Source: Selaginella moellendorffii (taxonomy: Eukaryota; Plantae; Lycopodiophyta). From it: 64,000 nt of DNA. The translations under genes were made by a program, and so were the position numbers. Under the pieces are notes generated by a model, which saw nothing but the letters and a program-made list of their open reading frames with translations, made no database searches and was not told the DNA's origin. This document shows positions 13,901 through 28,615 of the stretch, in pieces; the stretch's first letter is position 1, and the number at the start of each line of letters is the position of its first letter. The stretch spans positions 1,059,955 through 1,123,954 of the forward strand of contig NW_003314275.1 in the NCBI RefSeq assembly GCF_000143415.4, given 5' to 3'.

Positions 13901-14000
13901 AAAGACAAATACAAGTTAGAATGCATGAAACTAGAATGGTGTATTAGAAACATGGTTTTGACGCTTGTCATAAGGTGAGGTTATCATAGGTGGGTGCAAA
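10975..14000 (+). mobile_element. Old family-A element: 3' part of LTR (to 11757), degenerate PBS and internal region
   Basis: gcttaca-act-tagcatcagagtt (decayed iMet PBS); internal part matches the reverse complement of 4440-7789 with heavy C>T/G>A decay. Confidence 0.7.
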
Positions 14001-14639
14001 TATATAGTAGAGATAGTGGTTAGAAACATAATTGACCACATGAGATATTAGTTTGGCACTCACTAGGTTATATCACTCTTTATTCTACGTTTGAAGCTCA
14101 AATTCTATATTACTTTAGTTGGTGGGATACCCACCTCCTCGCATTAGACCACTAGTATGCCAAAATTATACTAAAAATTATCTAACACTTTTTTGCATGC
14201 AAGAGTTAAATACGGGGATCTGGTGCTCATAGGGGATATTGAGTGCATATCAAACCCTTATTTCATAGTGCAATGAACTTGGAGTTTGGCTTAAATATTC
14301 ATGTATGTTATATTTAGTATTAGAGCAATTATCTCAGTGATTTCTATTCAATTATAGTGTATGTGATCATGGGATGAGATTTTAATATACTATCACTATA
14401 GATTCTTGGAACTTTGGGGAATATATAAGGATAAAAGAACCACTCTTACCAAGCAATTATCCCTTTTCTAGTTAACTTAAGGGGAAAGATAGGATGTGTT
14501 ACATCAATTTTTGTTAGTATTTCTTACTCTAGTTGCATATATAGAGACTTTTCTAGTAAATCCAAAGTGACCAATATAAATTAGTTAAATTGCACCATTC
14601 AATAAAAATGTTGTATATATATTCAATTATTGATAGAGG

Positions 14640-17450
14640 CATGCATACTTGGTGAGATGGTGAAATGGAACTATGCTGATGACGTTGAGACCTCTAAACG
14701 AGTGAATTAAGAAGAGGAAAGTCCTACTAGAGATGCTATAAAAGAGGCTAAAGCTAAGTCAAAAAAGGAAGAGTTTAGGTCTAATGATCAAGCACAGCCC
14801 AATGCTAGTATGAAAGGTATTAACATACGGCTCAAGATTTTGAGATTAAGAATTTATGAAAGAAATTTCATAAATTAAAGAAAGAAAATAAGAAAAAGAA
14901 GAAAGAAACAGAGGCAACTAAAGTAGCTAAACCTAAGCAACCGGACTTCAAGTTCTAAGGATGATGAAGTTTATAATTGCCCTTAATTACATGATTTTTG
15001 AAGTTTAATCCTTTGAAACCACCCAATTTCAAAGGCATGAAGGATTATCAAGTTTTGGAAGACTAAGTATACAATATGGAAAACTATTTCATAACAGTAA
15101 ATATAGATGATCATATGAAAATTGTATATACATGCAAAAACTTGGTGGTATTAAGTCTGTGTTGAAAAGGGTAGATTAAAAGTTGGACTAGGAAGTCTCA
15201 TATCCATAAGGAATACTTACTAGAAATATGTGTTTTTGAGCAAACACATTAACATAATGCATAAGGTCCTGTGAGACAAAAATCCCTAAGCCCCAAAGTG
15301 GAGCCGAAAGGGTGCCACGTGGTAGTGGCCGAAGCAAAAGCTAAACAAATGTAACACATTTAGACTAAAAGTTTTAATTTGAAAAATCGAGGGCGAGAGT
15401 GAAACTCCTAATAAAGGGCTCAAGGAATAAACTCGAAGCGAACAATAAATGAGTCTCTAGAAAAGGGACACAAAAGGACCAATACATAACACTTGGAAGT
15501 GTTGAGATAAACCCGAGATGGAGTCCAAGATAAAGTCTGAGATGGACCCAAGATGGAGTTTGAGATAGAGTCTAAAATGAACCCAAGATGGACTTGAGAT
15601 GGAATCCGAGATGGAGTCTGAGATAGAGTCCAAGATGGACTTGAGATGGATTTGAGATGGAGTCTAAGATGGAGTCCAAGATGGATCCGAGATGGAGTCT
15701 GAGATAGAGATCGAGACCGAGACCGAGATCAAGACCGAGATTGAGATCGAGTTCGACTCCAAATACTAATACAGGTTGTTAGGTGAAAGCCCAAAGTGAT
15801 CGTTCCCCAAGGGGGGCTACAGGGGGTTCCAAAAGTATAGTAGGGAGAGAGTGGCAGTGGAGCCAGTTTGGCCAGGAAAGGCTAATGTAACCCAAGAAGG
15901 CTATGCTCACATGTTGGGTGATGATATATCCACTAAGAAGCCCAAAGCTAAAGTGAATATAGACAAACAAACGGGGTAACTTGGTGAAATATTCAAGAGC
16001 CAACTCTAGCTCCCCTAGGAGATCGAATGGTTAATACTCTTAGTCCAAACGTAAATGGCACTACCTACTTGGATACTTGGGGTGGTTCAATGGAACTTCG
16101 CTCTAGGCTCATGGCTAAAGCACCCAAAGGCAGAAGGTGGAGAGAGTACCCATGAGGCTCGCGTAGGGCCACGATGTTCCAAAATGTTATCCCAAAGTCC
16201 TAGACTGTGGAAAGGAAAAGGAATAATTTTCTAGTGTAGTGATAAAAAATGCGGTCACATAGTGAGGAAGTCCCAAAGGACAATGGGACTTAGTGGTCGG
16301 GTTTGTGGGCCTTGATCTAGTAGTAGTGTTGGCGAACATGGTCATAGATAGAAAGGGACTTGGTGGGAACAGAAAAAGGGATATTGGGGAAAGTTATTCC
16401 CCATATCTACAGGCATCTTAAGGATGCTAAAGAATGGATTCGGAATGATCACTCCTGGATGGATAGCCCAATCTTTGAAAGACGGGATTATGATGTAGGT
16501 GGTGTTGGATTATCGGTGTGACAAAGGTGAATAAGTATGGCCTTAGTGTAACAGACTGATATGTCAATGGTACTTTTGGGTGTCAATCATAGGATCAGAC
16601 ATATGGAGCACTTATATCAAGTGTAAAGGTTGAGTGGTATAAATGCCATTCTCGGGGCTAATAAGCCCCAAGTCCAGAATAGGATTTATAGAGGTTGTGA
16701 GTGAGACTCTTCCAAGTGGTTGGAGGTGTGGTTAAGTGATTAAAGTAGAATGGAAAATTTAATTACTTATAGGTCCCTATGTTACTTTAACTGCCACAAC
16801 TTTGTATGAAATCTCAAACCATACAAATATGAGTGATGAAGATGCTTGAAGTTATTTCCTAGAATAATTAAGTTCAAATAAGGTTTTAAAGTTTAAACCA
16901 AAACATACATAAAATGTAAGGAGGTAATACAGCAAGTTGCCTTTAGTCACTCATTGAACAATATCAACATTCATATATTGGTACCTCATCCAAAAATAAA
17001 ACTTCTAGGAATAAACAAAATGATCGAAAATAGAGGGTGAAAGGAAGGTTCCACTCTGGAGGCTCATAAGCAATAGTTAACAAAATTGGTGATTAATAAC
17101 CAATAGTAGCTTCTTCTAGTTGTAGGCCCTTTGTTCCTCCTTTTTATAGGTACAAGTAGCAACAACTTGTGAAACCTACTTTTAGCAAAATAAGTAATGT
17201 GGGTCATTGCTTCCATTAGGGAGAGGCAAGACATAGGTCCTCAAAATGTCTAAATAAGCATAAAATAAGATCTTATGTCAATGTTATAAGGGAGGATGGT
17301 GGTAGTAAAGTTGATAGAATTGATAAGTTGGTTAATGCAAACTATGAGGAAGAAAAAATGAGTTATTTTCCTTAAGCTTTTTTCATAATCAATACAAGCA
17401 CTAATCCATTAATGTATTTCAGAGGCTTTATCCATGGACACCAAATTCAA
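14640..17450 (+). pseudogene. Degenerate retrotransposon gag split by a solo LTR
   Basis: FNPLKPPNFKG...MENYF near 15000 and decayed zinc knuckle CFH*GEARHRSSKC near 17210; many stops. Confidence 0.55.
15270..16771 (+). mobile_element. Family-A solo LTR with 5-bp TSD GGTCC
   Basis: GGTCC|TGTGAGAC...TTACTTATA|GGTCC (terminal CA decayed to TA). Confidence 0.9.
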
Positions 17451-17944
17451 GGGGTGCTATGGGGGTTCAAAATGTGTAGTAAGGATAGTGGTTGAAAACA
17501 TGGCCAACCACCTGAGACATTAGTTTGGCATCTATTGAGTTGTGTCATTTTTTTTTTGTAACATCTAGTTTGGGTTTAAACATAAGTTCCATACTGCTCT
17601 AGTCAATAGGGTACTCATGTCCTTGCACTAAGCCATTGGTACGTCAAAATTGCATTAAACACCATCTAACATTATTTTGCATATAAGAATTGAATATGAG
17701 GAGTTAGTGCTTGTAGGGGATAGACCTTCATTTTGTAGTGCAATAGACTTAGAGTTCAGCTTCAAAATTTAGATATGTTATATTGTATAATTAAAATTAG
17801 CAATAATACAAAAATTGAAATTATTTAATTAAAACTTTCCTAGTATTCTTCTTATAAGTTATTTAGTTTCATTTTTATGAAGTCTTTTAGAATAATATTT
17901 ATTATTTTAAATTAATATTTAAAATAAGTTATATAAGGTCCAAG

Positions 17945-18106
17945 TGTATGGCTATGATACCGTATACTAATATTAGCGTAGTTGGATTTTGATAGTCATT
18001 GAATTGGTTTCAATCTAGACCTCTCACTCTTGTGTATAAACTAAGGTTTTTGGGCTTATTGATATGCACATTTCTGTATTCTATTTCCATATTCCATGCA
18101 CTCATA
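17945..18106 (+). mobile_element. Extra family-B short LTR copy
   Basis: TGTATGGCTA...CACTCATA, colinear with 24611-24773. Confidence 0.75.
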
Positions 18107-18804
18107 GTTATAATTTAATATTTTTAAATAAACACATGTAAATCATGTAAATAATATATAACTGAAAATGATTTTAAAATCATTTTAAACACATAATAAA
18201 GAATATGATTAATAATTTTATTTTATATTAAAATATTACCAATTTATATTACAGATTAACTATTTTAAACACTCTGATTATGTGATCTATTTCTAAATAT
18301 AACCTAAAAAAATTAAGTTATAAAAGATTTGACTTGACCTTTTTTAATTTATATAACTTTATTTTTTTAAGTTAAAATATTTTTAAGTAAACTATATGAG
18401 AGCCAAATGTAAATATTAGCGTAGTGGGATTTTGGTACTTGTCGGATTGGTTTCAATCTAGACCACTCGCTCCTGTATATAAACTAAGATTTTTGAGCTA
18501 ATTGATATGCACATTTTCTGTATTCTCTTTCCATATTCCGAGCACTCACATTGGTGGAGATGAAGGACACCTTTAATTGTCCCTGAGGAGTGCTTGGATT
18601 TAAGATTTTGGTTTAGATTTAGCTTTTGCATCGTCTAGATTTAGCTTTTGCATCATTTAGATTTATCTTTTTCCATTTTCTTTCTTTTGTTCTTTCTTTT
18701 CAGGATTTTGGTTTAGATCTAGCTTTTTGCATTGTCTAGATCTACCATTTCCTTTTAGCTTTTTGTCATTTCTCTTCTTTTGCTCTTTCTTTTTTGTTCA
18801 TCTT

Positions 18805-21800
18805 TATGGTAGATCAACAATCTCTTCCTTTGACTCTAGAGTAGCAGTTGATACAATTGCTTGAGGCTATACACTTGCAATTGAACAACCAAACTCAGTT
18901 GATGGTGGCGTTCATAGCACGTGGTACAACTCCTCTTGCTCTTGGTGCCAATCCTCGTGTTCAGCCGAAGTTCTTTTGCAAGAATCCTAGAGATGATGTG
19001 TACCATTGGTTCGATCACTTCATGGTGATTGCCACATATCATTCTTGGGATGATGCTCGAAGTTTGCATGTGTCTCCAAGGGACAGCATTGCAATGGCAC
19101 AATGGCTTAAGCACAACCACTCGTGGGGATGGGGATTGGAGTGTTCTCTCGGACGTCTTCAAACGTGCATTCGGACATGCCAATGACTGTGATGATGCTT
19201 TCTAACAATTGCATCGTCTTCACCAGGGGCCATCTGAGTCGGTGATACAATTTAGCGTTCATTTCCAAAGTCTTTTACTTCGTGCGAAGCCTAATATGTC
19301 GAAGCGGATCAAGCTAGGAATGTTGTGGCTAGCACTTCGTCAAGATCTTGTTGGACTTATGCATGCACTTGCTTTTGCCACCCTTGATGATGCTCTTTGT
19401 TTGGCACAACTCTATGAGACGTCACCTCTTCCACTTCTTGCTACCCGTCCTTCAACTCTACTTCCTATGGGTCATGGTCCTGTTCCAATGGAGATTGATG
19501 CTGTTGCTACTCAAGTTCAAGGACAAGGGCGAGGCCATGGTCGTGGCTGTGATGTTTGTTGTTGGGTGTGTGATGAAGTTGGTCACACTTATTGGTGTTG
19601 TCGGCATTTTCCAGATTAACGGCCACCATTTTTTGGGTGGAGACCTTGGCATCAACAACATCCTATTGGTGTTGCTGTAGTGGAAGGTCTAGATACCAAG
19701 ATGCATCCGAGAAACAAAGAGTTGCATGAGTAATGGAGGGACCTTGTGCGAATAACTCAGTGACCCCTCCATCTTTCTTTCGGGAGTATCATCAAGAGTT
19801 CACTCAGCACTAATTCATCCAGTGTTTACTTTCCAAGCTCATTTTTTTAACAAGAGGTCTCCTATTATTTTCTCTATGTTAGTTGATACAGGTTCAAGTT
19901 TATCTTCTATTTCTCGACTTGTTGCCACACGTTGCCATTTACACTTGCATCGTGCAGCGAAACCAGTTTTCATTCTTTATGGCAACGGCCGTACACATGC
20001 ATGTGCACAGAATGAGGTTGACCTGGTTGTGTGTGTGGGCAATCTCGAGCTTGAGTTGCAGTCATTGTGGGTGGTGCCAAGTCAAACTTTTGACCTCATC
20101 CTTGGTATGAATTGGTTGCAGCACAATCATGCCAAGTGTGATTTTGAGGCTTCTCCCTTTTGTCTCATACTTCCTTATGTTTCATCCATTCCTCTCACTT
20201 CCATACCTCTTCGTCCCTTTACTTCTACCTCTACTTCAATTACTTTTGTCCCCCCACTATTTCCTCCTGTGTTTCCATCTTGTTTTGCTCTTCCCTTTTC
20301 TGATCCCTCGGACAATCTTTGTGTTGCAGCAGTTGACCGACTCATGAAGGAGTATTCTGATCTCTTTGAATTTGACTTATCGTTTGGGGCCAAGATTGCC
20401 ACACGTCATCCGATTCCAACTGGGGATACACATCCAATCAAGATTTCTGTTTGTTGTTGGTCACCCAAAGAGATCAAGATTTTACATACAAACGTCAAGG
20501 AGATGTTGGAGAAGGGTGTTATTCGGAAGTCACGAAGTCCTTGGGCATGTGAACCTCATTTTGTGACAAAGCCTGATAGGAGTATTCATTTCTACATCGA
20601 CTATCGTTTGTTAAATAAAGTGATGATCTCGGATGTGTACTCTTTTCCTCACACTGCTAATCTCTTGGATCATCTGGGGCAAAGTTGCTGGTTCACCAAA
20701 CTAGATTTTGCTTCTGGGTACTAGCAAGTACTAATGGCTAAAGAAGATATTCCTAAGACTGATTTCATTGATAATATCTTGATCCACTCGGAAGGGATGT
20801 GGGAGGAGCACGTTCGTGATGTTTGTAAAGTGTTGGATCAACTACAGGATGTTGGTTTAGAATTAAAGCAGTCGAAGTGCGTGTTTGGGTCCAAAGACAC
20901 AACTTATCTTGGACACCGTATTTCTCATGAGGGTTTGCAAGTTAATCCTGACAAACTTATGTCTGTTCTAAAGTTCCCTACTCTGAAGTGTGTGAATGTG
21001 CAACGCTTCTTGGGCAAAGTGCAATATCTTAGTCGTTTTGTGGATCATCTTTCTGATTGCACTGCATCGTTGCGAGCATTGCTGAAGTCGTCAATGTCAT
21101 CTTTCATCTGGTCTCCAAATTGTGAGTGGATGTTTGTGGATCTCAAAGAGATATTAACGACTCCTCCGATTTTGGTGTATCCGGACTACACTCAACCTTT
21201 TATTTTGCACATGGATGCTTCTGGCATTGGTCTTGGAAGTGTGTTGAATGCAAGAGAGCCTGAGTGTGCTTGGTCAGTGCCATCCCATTGCATATATAAG
21301 CCGTAAATTACAACCAGCGGAGGTGAACTACTCCACGATAGAGAAGGAGTGTTTAGCAACAGTCTGGGGTTTCGAGAAGCTTCATGCATATCTACATAGT
21401 TCTCGGATGTTACTTGAAGGTGACCATGCTGCCATTATTTCATTATTGAAGTGGAAGAAGTTGGTTGGTTTTACTATTCGGTGGGCTTTGAAGCTTCAGA
21501 TATATGATTTTGATGTTGTTCATCACCCAAGGAGTTTTATGGCTGATGCTAATGCCCTTTCTCAAGCTCCTCTTCCTTCTCCACTCTCTTCTCATGTTTC
21601 TAATAAGCCTATTATTCCCACATCTATGGATTTTCTAAACGATGATTTTGTGCCGTCGGCAGTTGTTGTATTTGACGTTTAGTGTCCACAAGATGCAGAG
21701 CAAGGTCTACCTTCTCTTGATGAGGTTCGCAAGGCTCAAAAGATTGAGCAATAGATTCAAAGGCTTCACGATGGGTTTGAAAATCTTGCATCACTTACTG

Positions 21801-22980
21801 ATGACTTGCCTTTCCGGCATTTACATTCTCAATATCGCCTTGAAGACAGCCTTCTTTATTTTGTAGGGATGAATCCTAATAATCATTTATGGCTAGTGGT
21901 GCCTTCTATCTTTATTTCATGGTTTCTCTATGCTTACCATGATTCTCCTGCTCTATGTGGGCATATGGGATATCATCATGTAACCGAGAAGTTGCGCAAG
22001 ACTTTTTATTGGCCAGAGATGCGACATGATATTATCTGGTATGTGCGTAGCTGCATTTGGTGCCAAGCTCGTAATACTCCCCCTCATGCTGCGGAAGGAC
22101 GGTTGGAGTCAATTGCAGTTTCCTATCCGTTTGAGTTGGTGGCATTTAATCTTATGGGACCTTTTTCACAATCGACTATTGGAAATGAGTATGTTATTAT
22201 TGCTTTTAACTACTTGACTCATTGGGTGGAAGTTGGTGCTCTTGCTAGCACCTCTGCAACTGCTATTGGATACTTCCTCCTCAATTGAGTGGTGTTCTAG
22301 CATTCTTGTCCAGAGCGGATTCTTTCGGATAATGGTCTTACATTTATGGGTGAGGCATTTCATGTTTTGATATCTCGGTTAGGGATACGCCACACTGAGT
22401 GTTTATCATTCACAATCAGACAGTCTAGTGGAACAGCTCATTTAGACATTCAAAGGGATGATTGTGAAGTATGTGAACTTTTAGAATTCAGATTGGGATG
22501 GTTATTTGCTGTCTCTTTGGTATGCATATGTCATAGGGGTGTAGAATTCTGTTGATACTTGACCATATAAACTCTTATATGGTCATGATCCAATATTACC
22601 GACGGAGCTGGGTTTACTTTTGCGATTGCCATGAGCTGCCAATGCTAGGTCGTGGGATCAATATTTGATGAGCATTCCTCCATTTGTTCAAGTAGAGTCT
22701 GCTGAACACTTAGGCCGTGTACAAGTGGGACAACAATAGCACTACAACTCCCATCATTGTCCACCTGCGGAGTACAAAGTGGATGACTTGGTATTAGTTC
22801 GTTTTCCCCATCTTACGGTATGTGGTTTATCTAAGGGGCTCCTTGCTCAGTGGAAAGGACCGTATCGAGTATTACGGCAAGTTGAACCACAAGTTTATAA
22901 AGTTTGGCATGACGTCCAGTAAACCGATCCTCTAAAGATTGCGCATGTGCAACAGTTGAAATGCTTCATACAAAGGGATT
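18805..22980 (+). pseudogene. gag-pol pseudogene of family-B Gypsy element
   Basis: Fragment ORFs 18848-19619, 19822-20724, 20734-21306, 21248-21682, 21806-22288; RT core deleted between KT(D)F and FIDNILI; stops and frameshifts. Confidence 0.9.
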
Positions 22981-23034
22981 AGAAGCAGTTTATACCACCT
23001 ACAGATCCGCCAATGCCTGCTTCTAACATTTCTC

Positions 23035-24548
23035 TGTGAGACACAAATCCCAAAGCCCCAAAGTGGAGCTGAAAGAGTGCCACGTGGTAGTGGCCAAAGT
23101 GAAAGCCAAACAAGTATAGCACATTTCGACTAAAAGCTCCAACTTGAAAAGTTGAGAGCAGGAATGGAATTCCCAATGAGGAGTCCGAGATGGAGTTCAA
23201 GATGGAGTTCAAGATGGACCCAAGATGGAGTCCGAGATGGAGTTCAAGATGGAGTCCAAGATAGACCTGAGATGGACCTGAGATGGAGTCCGAGATGGAG
23301 TCCAAGATGGACCTGAGATGGACCCGAGATGGAGTCCAAGATGGAGTTCGAGATGGACCCGAGATGGACCCAAGATGGATTCTGAGATAGACCCAAGATG
23401 GAGTCCAAGATGGAGTCCAAGATGGAATTGCGATCAAGATCGAGACTGAGACCGAGACCAAGACCGAGTCCGAGTCCGAAACCGAGACCGAGACTGAGTC
23501 CTATTCCGAGTCAAAGTCCGAGTCCGAATACTAATACAGGTTATTGGGTGAAAGCCAAAAGCGATCATCCCCTAGGGGGGGGCTGCAGGGGGTTCCAAAA
23601 GTATAGTAGGGAAAGTGTGGGGGTTGAACCCTAGTGGAGTCAACTTGGCCAGGAAAGGCTAGTTTGGCCTAGAAAAGCCATACCCCAGCTGTTGGGTGGT
23701 GAGGTAACCACTGGGAAGTCCAAGGCTAGAGTGAATATAGACCGACAAGCGGGGTAGCTTGGTGAAATGTTCAAGAACCGGCTTTAGTTCCCCCGGAGAT
23801 CAAATGGTTGATGCTCCCAGTCCAAGCATGGGTGGCACTACTTACTTGGATACCTAGTGTGGCTCAACAGAACCTCGCCCTAAGCCCATGGTTAAAACAC
23901 CCAAAGGCGGAAGCTAGGGAGAGTACTCATGAGGCTTGCGTAGGGCCACGATGGTCCAAAATGTTGTTCTAAAGTCCCGGACTGTGAAATGGAAGAGGAG
24001 TAGTCCTCTGGTGTGGCAACCAAGGATACGGTCACATAATGAGGAAATCCCAAAGGATAGTGGGATTTGGTGGTCAGGCCTATAGGCCTGGATCCAGTGG
24101 CAATGTTGGCGAACACAGCCATGGATAGAAAGGGATTTGGTGGGGACTAAAAAAGGGATATTGGGGAAGGTTATTCCCTATATCTGTAGGCATCCTAAGG
24201 ATGTTAAGGAGTGGATCTAGGATAATCACTCATGGACGGATGGTCCAATATTTGAGAGACAAAATTGTGATGTAAGTGGTGTTAGACCATTGGTATGACC
24301 AAGGTGAATGAGCATGGCCTTAGCATAATAAGTTGATATGTCGGTGGTAACTTGGGGTGTTAATTATGGGATCGGACACGTGAAGTACTTGGACCAAGTC
24401 CAAAGGTTGAGTGGCATATATGCCATTCTCAAGGTTAATAAACCCCAAGTTTTGAATTGAATTTATGGAGGTTGTGAATGAAATTCTTCCAAGTGGTCGG
24501 AGGTGTGGTTAAATGACTAAAATAGAATGGAAAATTTAGTCGCTTACA
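23035..24548 (+). mobile_element. Family-A solo LTR inserted in the 3' region of the family-B element
   Basis: TGTGAGACAC...CGCTTACA; flanks (TTCTC / TTACA) do not form a clean TSD. Confidence 0.85.
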
Positions 24549-25649
24549 TTACAAGAGAACTCTGATGGTCTTCCATTATTCCGAAAGGAAGGAATGATGT
24601 AAGGGGCAAGTGTATGGCTACGATGCCGTATATTAATATTAGCGTAATGGGATTTTGGTAGCCGTTGGATTGGTTTCAATTTAAACCACTCGCTCGTGTA
24701 TATAAGCTAGGGTTTTTGAGCTAATTGATATACACATTTTTTGTATTCCCTTTCCATATTCCAAGCACTCACAACTAGAAATTTTAAAAAGTACTTAAGA
24801 ATTACTTATCATATTTTTTTTAAAAACATTTATATATTAAATAAATAATTAGAATAATGTTTACCCCTTACCACAGTTTTGTAATATTAGATAAAATTGT
24901 TAATATTTTATAATAGACATGTCACTTTTGACTAAAGATGATTGCTATTGGAGCAAAATTCTTGGGACCAATTACATTTTATTTTTGAGTTCTATTATTT
25001 TGAAAGTCTTTCCTTAGCAATTTAATATATTTTATTTTATATTAGTTTTATATATTTATGAAAATATAATTATTATAGGAATTATTTGATAAAAATATTA
25101 TCTCTAAAATAAAATTCTATAATTTTTAATATCATATTTTATCACATCCTAAATTTTGATTTCAATTATCTAGCTGTTTTTTCACCACTTACTGTTGTAG
25201 GTTTTGCGACAGGCCATGGCTCACAATGGCAAGTGTGGAAAGTGCTTCATAGAGATGTTGTCTGGTGCTGCACCTTGGCGCGAATCGCATTGCGGTCCAA
25301 GTGAGGAACCGAAACCTTCAAAAAGAAAAAAGCTCGCCAGGGAAACCCCGTTCGAGCGAGCTTCTGCACGTGCACAGGCCTGGCCGGGGGGATGGCTCTG
25401 ATTCAAGATGGCTCTGCTGGTGGCAGACCGAGCCTCTAGATTAAAGCTATCCAAGTTTGTAAACTTTGTAAACATTCACTATAATATATGGTTAGCTCTT
25501 TTTCTTTCTTTCTTACATATGATAGGGTTATTATTTGATCTTCTTCTTTGGTTCTAAAAGAACAGGAAAATCCATTTCTTGGATATATGTTCTACTCGAC
25601 CGACAACAACCTTCCCAGCAGCGAGATCATATCCCCCGCAAATCATTGA

Positions 25650-26290
25650 CAAGCTCTTCTAGGAAAGATCCACAAAGTGAAAGTAGGAGACATCGAGCCG
25701 ATCGCGTCGTGGAAACCACGAAGAAGTGTTCCTCTCCGGCATGGAGTTAAAGATCTTGCAGCTTGATCGATCTCTACTCCGCAGTTGTAAACGCCAATAA
25801 AGACGCTCATGGCATGGATTGTGTTCAACCGGACCCTTCGACCTCTTCTATCTATCTTGGCTTAAAAACGCTCAACAACGCAGAATAATCGAAGATCCCC
25901 AGCGCGGCATTCGATCAAAGATGGTCAAAAGCTTTCTTGGCCAGCCATCGCCTGGAAGATCGAGTGGCTCTCTTCTACGAGCCCGAGCAATGAGCAGGAA
26001 GGAGCCGGAGGACGATCCCTCGAGCAGCATCGCGTGCAGCAGCGCCACGGAATCGACTCCATTGCGGAATTGCGCGTACGCGGCGATGATCGCGTTCCAG
26101 GCCGGGAGATTGCGGTGGTTCTTGGCTCTGTGGCGCTTGGCAAGATCATCGTCCGCGAAATGATTCGAGGACTGGAGGAGAGTTTGAGCTCCACTCCACA
26201 TCTCTTCCGGGCATTTCATCAGAAGGTTTTCTTCCTGATGATTGCCCAGGCATCCGAGCCGGCATGAGCGGATCTGTCCAGCGGCGATCA
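25650..26290 (-). pseudogene. PLS-class PPR gene remnant
   Basis: AWNAIIAAYAQ...ALLHAMLLEG, IFDRMP and IFNSMPERNTSSW motifs in broken frames. Confidence 0.7.
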
Positions 26291-26360
26291 CTGATCACTG
26301 CGCAAAAAAAAATTTATTCATGGAACAAAACAAACGATTGAGAAACAAAGAGCCTCCAGC

Positions 26361-26958
26361 TCAAAGGGATTTAGTGGAGAGGAGCTCCACCTTCCCCCCC
26401 TTGTGATCAACGAAGAGCGTGTCACAGATTGGATTTGCGCCACGGATCTGCTCACGCACGACAATGACAGAGCTAGTGAGCTCCATGAGCTCCCACGCAG
26501 CGACGACCAGAGATGGAGTGCATGCGCCGAGAAGGGCTCTCAGCTCGCCCTCAGTGATCCGGTTGAAACCGCCGCAAACTCCTGAGCAGGCAAGAAAGAT
26601 AGTGAGCGACGATCGGGCGCAGAGAAAGAGGAGAGATCTGCAAAACAGACAGAAAGATCCAGCCTCCAGAGATAATTTGCAAAACAAGAAGATTGAGCAA
26701 GACCGGCACGGCGCGGGAGAGAAAGATTGCCAGACTGAACAACAAAGAGAAAGGGCAGGACGCGAAGAGATGAAGACGAGGATGAGAAGAGACAAGAGAC
26801 GAAGAGACGATCGCGCGCGAGCATGAGAGAGAGAGAGAGATGACCCTGAAGAGCATTGTCCGCCAGAGCTCCGGTAGAACCCGCTAGAGCTGTGCTACAA
26901 CAAAGAGGTGTGAGGGCAAGGAGAGAGAGAGGAAACCTTTCTCCTCGATGTTCGCCAT
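26361..26958 (-). CDS. Uncharacterised small spliced protein, copy 1 (95 aa; exons 26937-26958, 26845-26889, 26361-26581)
   Basis: TATA (~27012-27021), ATG, GT-AG phase-1 introns; MANIEEK-ALAGSTGALADNALQ-GVCGGFNRITEGELRALLGACTPSLVVAAWELMELTSSVIVVREQIRGANPICDTLFVDHKGGKVELLSTKSL; same exon phases and 221-nt last exon as the paralog at 31869-32759. Confidence 0.7.
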
Positions 26959-27415
26959 ATCTCGTGTAAGACTCGGTATTAGACGGGGGAGAAAGCCTTC
27001 GCGCTCTAGCTAATATATATAGGCCTTCATGTAGCAGCTGGATCGGCCCGGTGGGAGAATCTGAGAATCTTCATAGTAATTACCTGTACGAGATTACCAT
27101 TAAGCGTGATGGTTACTTGCGGTGCGTCTTGGGAGCGAGACAATCGTGAGTCGCTATCCCGCTCGATGGTTACTTGATACGGTGCCACATCATCCCTCAC
27201 GCGTAAATTTTAATAAAAAAATGTATAGTCAAACTCAAGAAATTATCTAATTATGTTTTCTTGATTTCATCATTCTACCTTCTCATCTGCTACTACTTAT
27301 TTGAAAAAGACCCGTAATATAATATTTTAAAAAGATTAGGCTGGACATTGAGATTACTTTGTCAAACTAGAGACTAGTGATTTACAAGATTAAAGACCAT
27401 ATAATGATCTTTAAA

Positions 27416-28615
<1,200 letters not shown>

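Larger units (their letters stand above)
18408..24773 (+). mobile_element. Ty3/Gypsy LTR retrotransposon (family B), decayed; LTRs 18408-18550 and 24611-24773
   Basis: TG..CA LTRs; PBS TGGTGGAGATG at 18552 (tRNA-Ala-like); purine tract before the 3' LTR; order gag (PMEID, CWVCDEVGHTYWCC), protease (LVDTGS), RT (DYRLLN, KLDF), RNase H (DASG, NYSTIEKE), integrase (H..GH..C..C, GPY); no matching TSD seen. Confidence 0.9.

Noticed and set aside
23030-24553. TSD for the solo LTR at 23035-24548
   Set aside because: Flanks TTCTC and TTACA share only 2 of 5 bases
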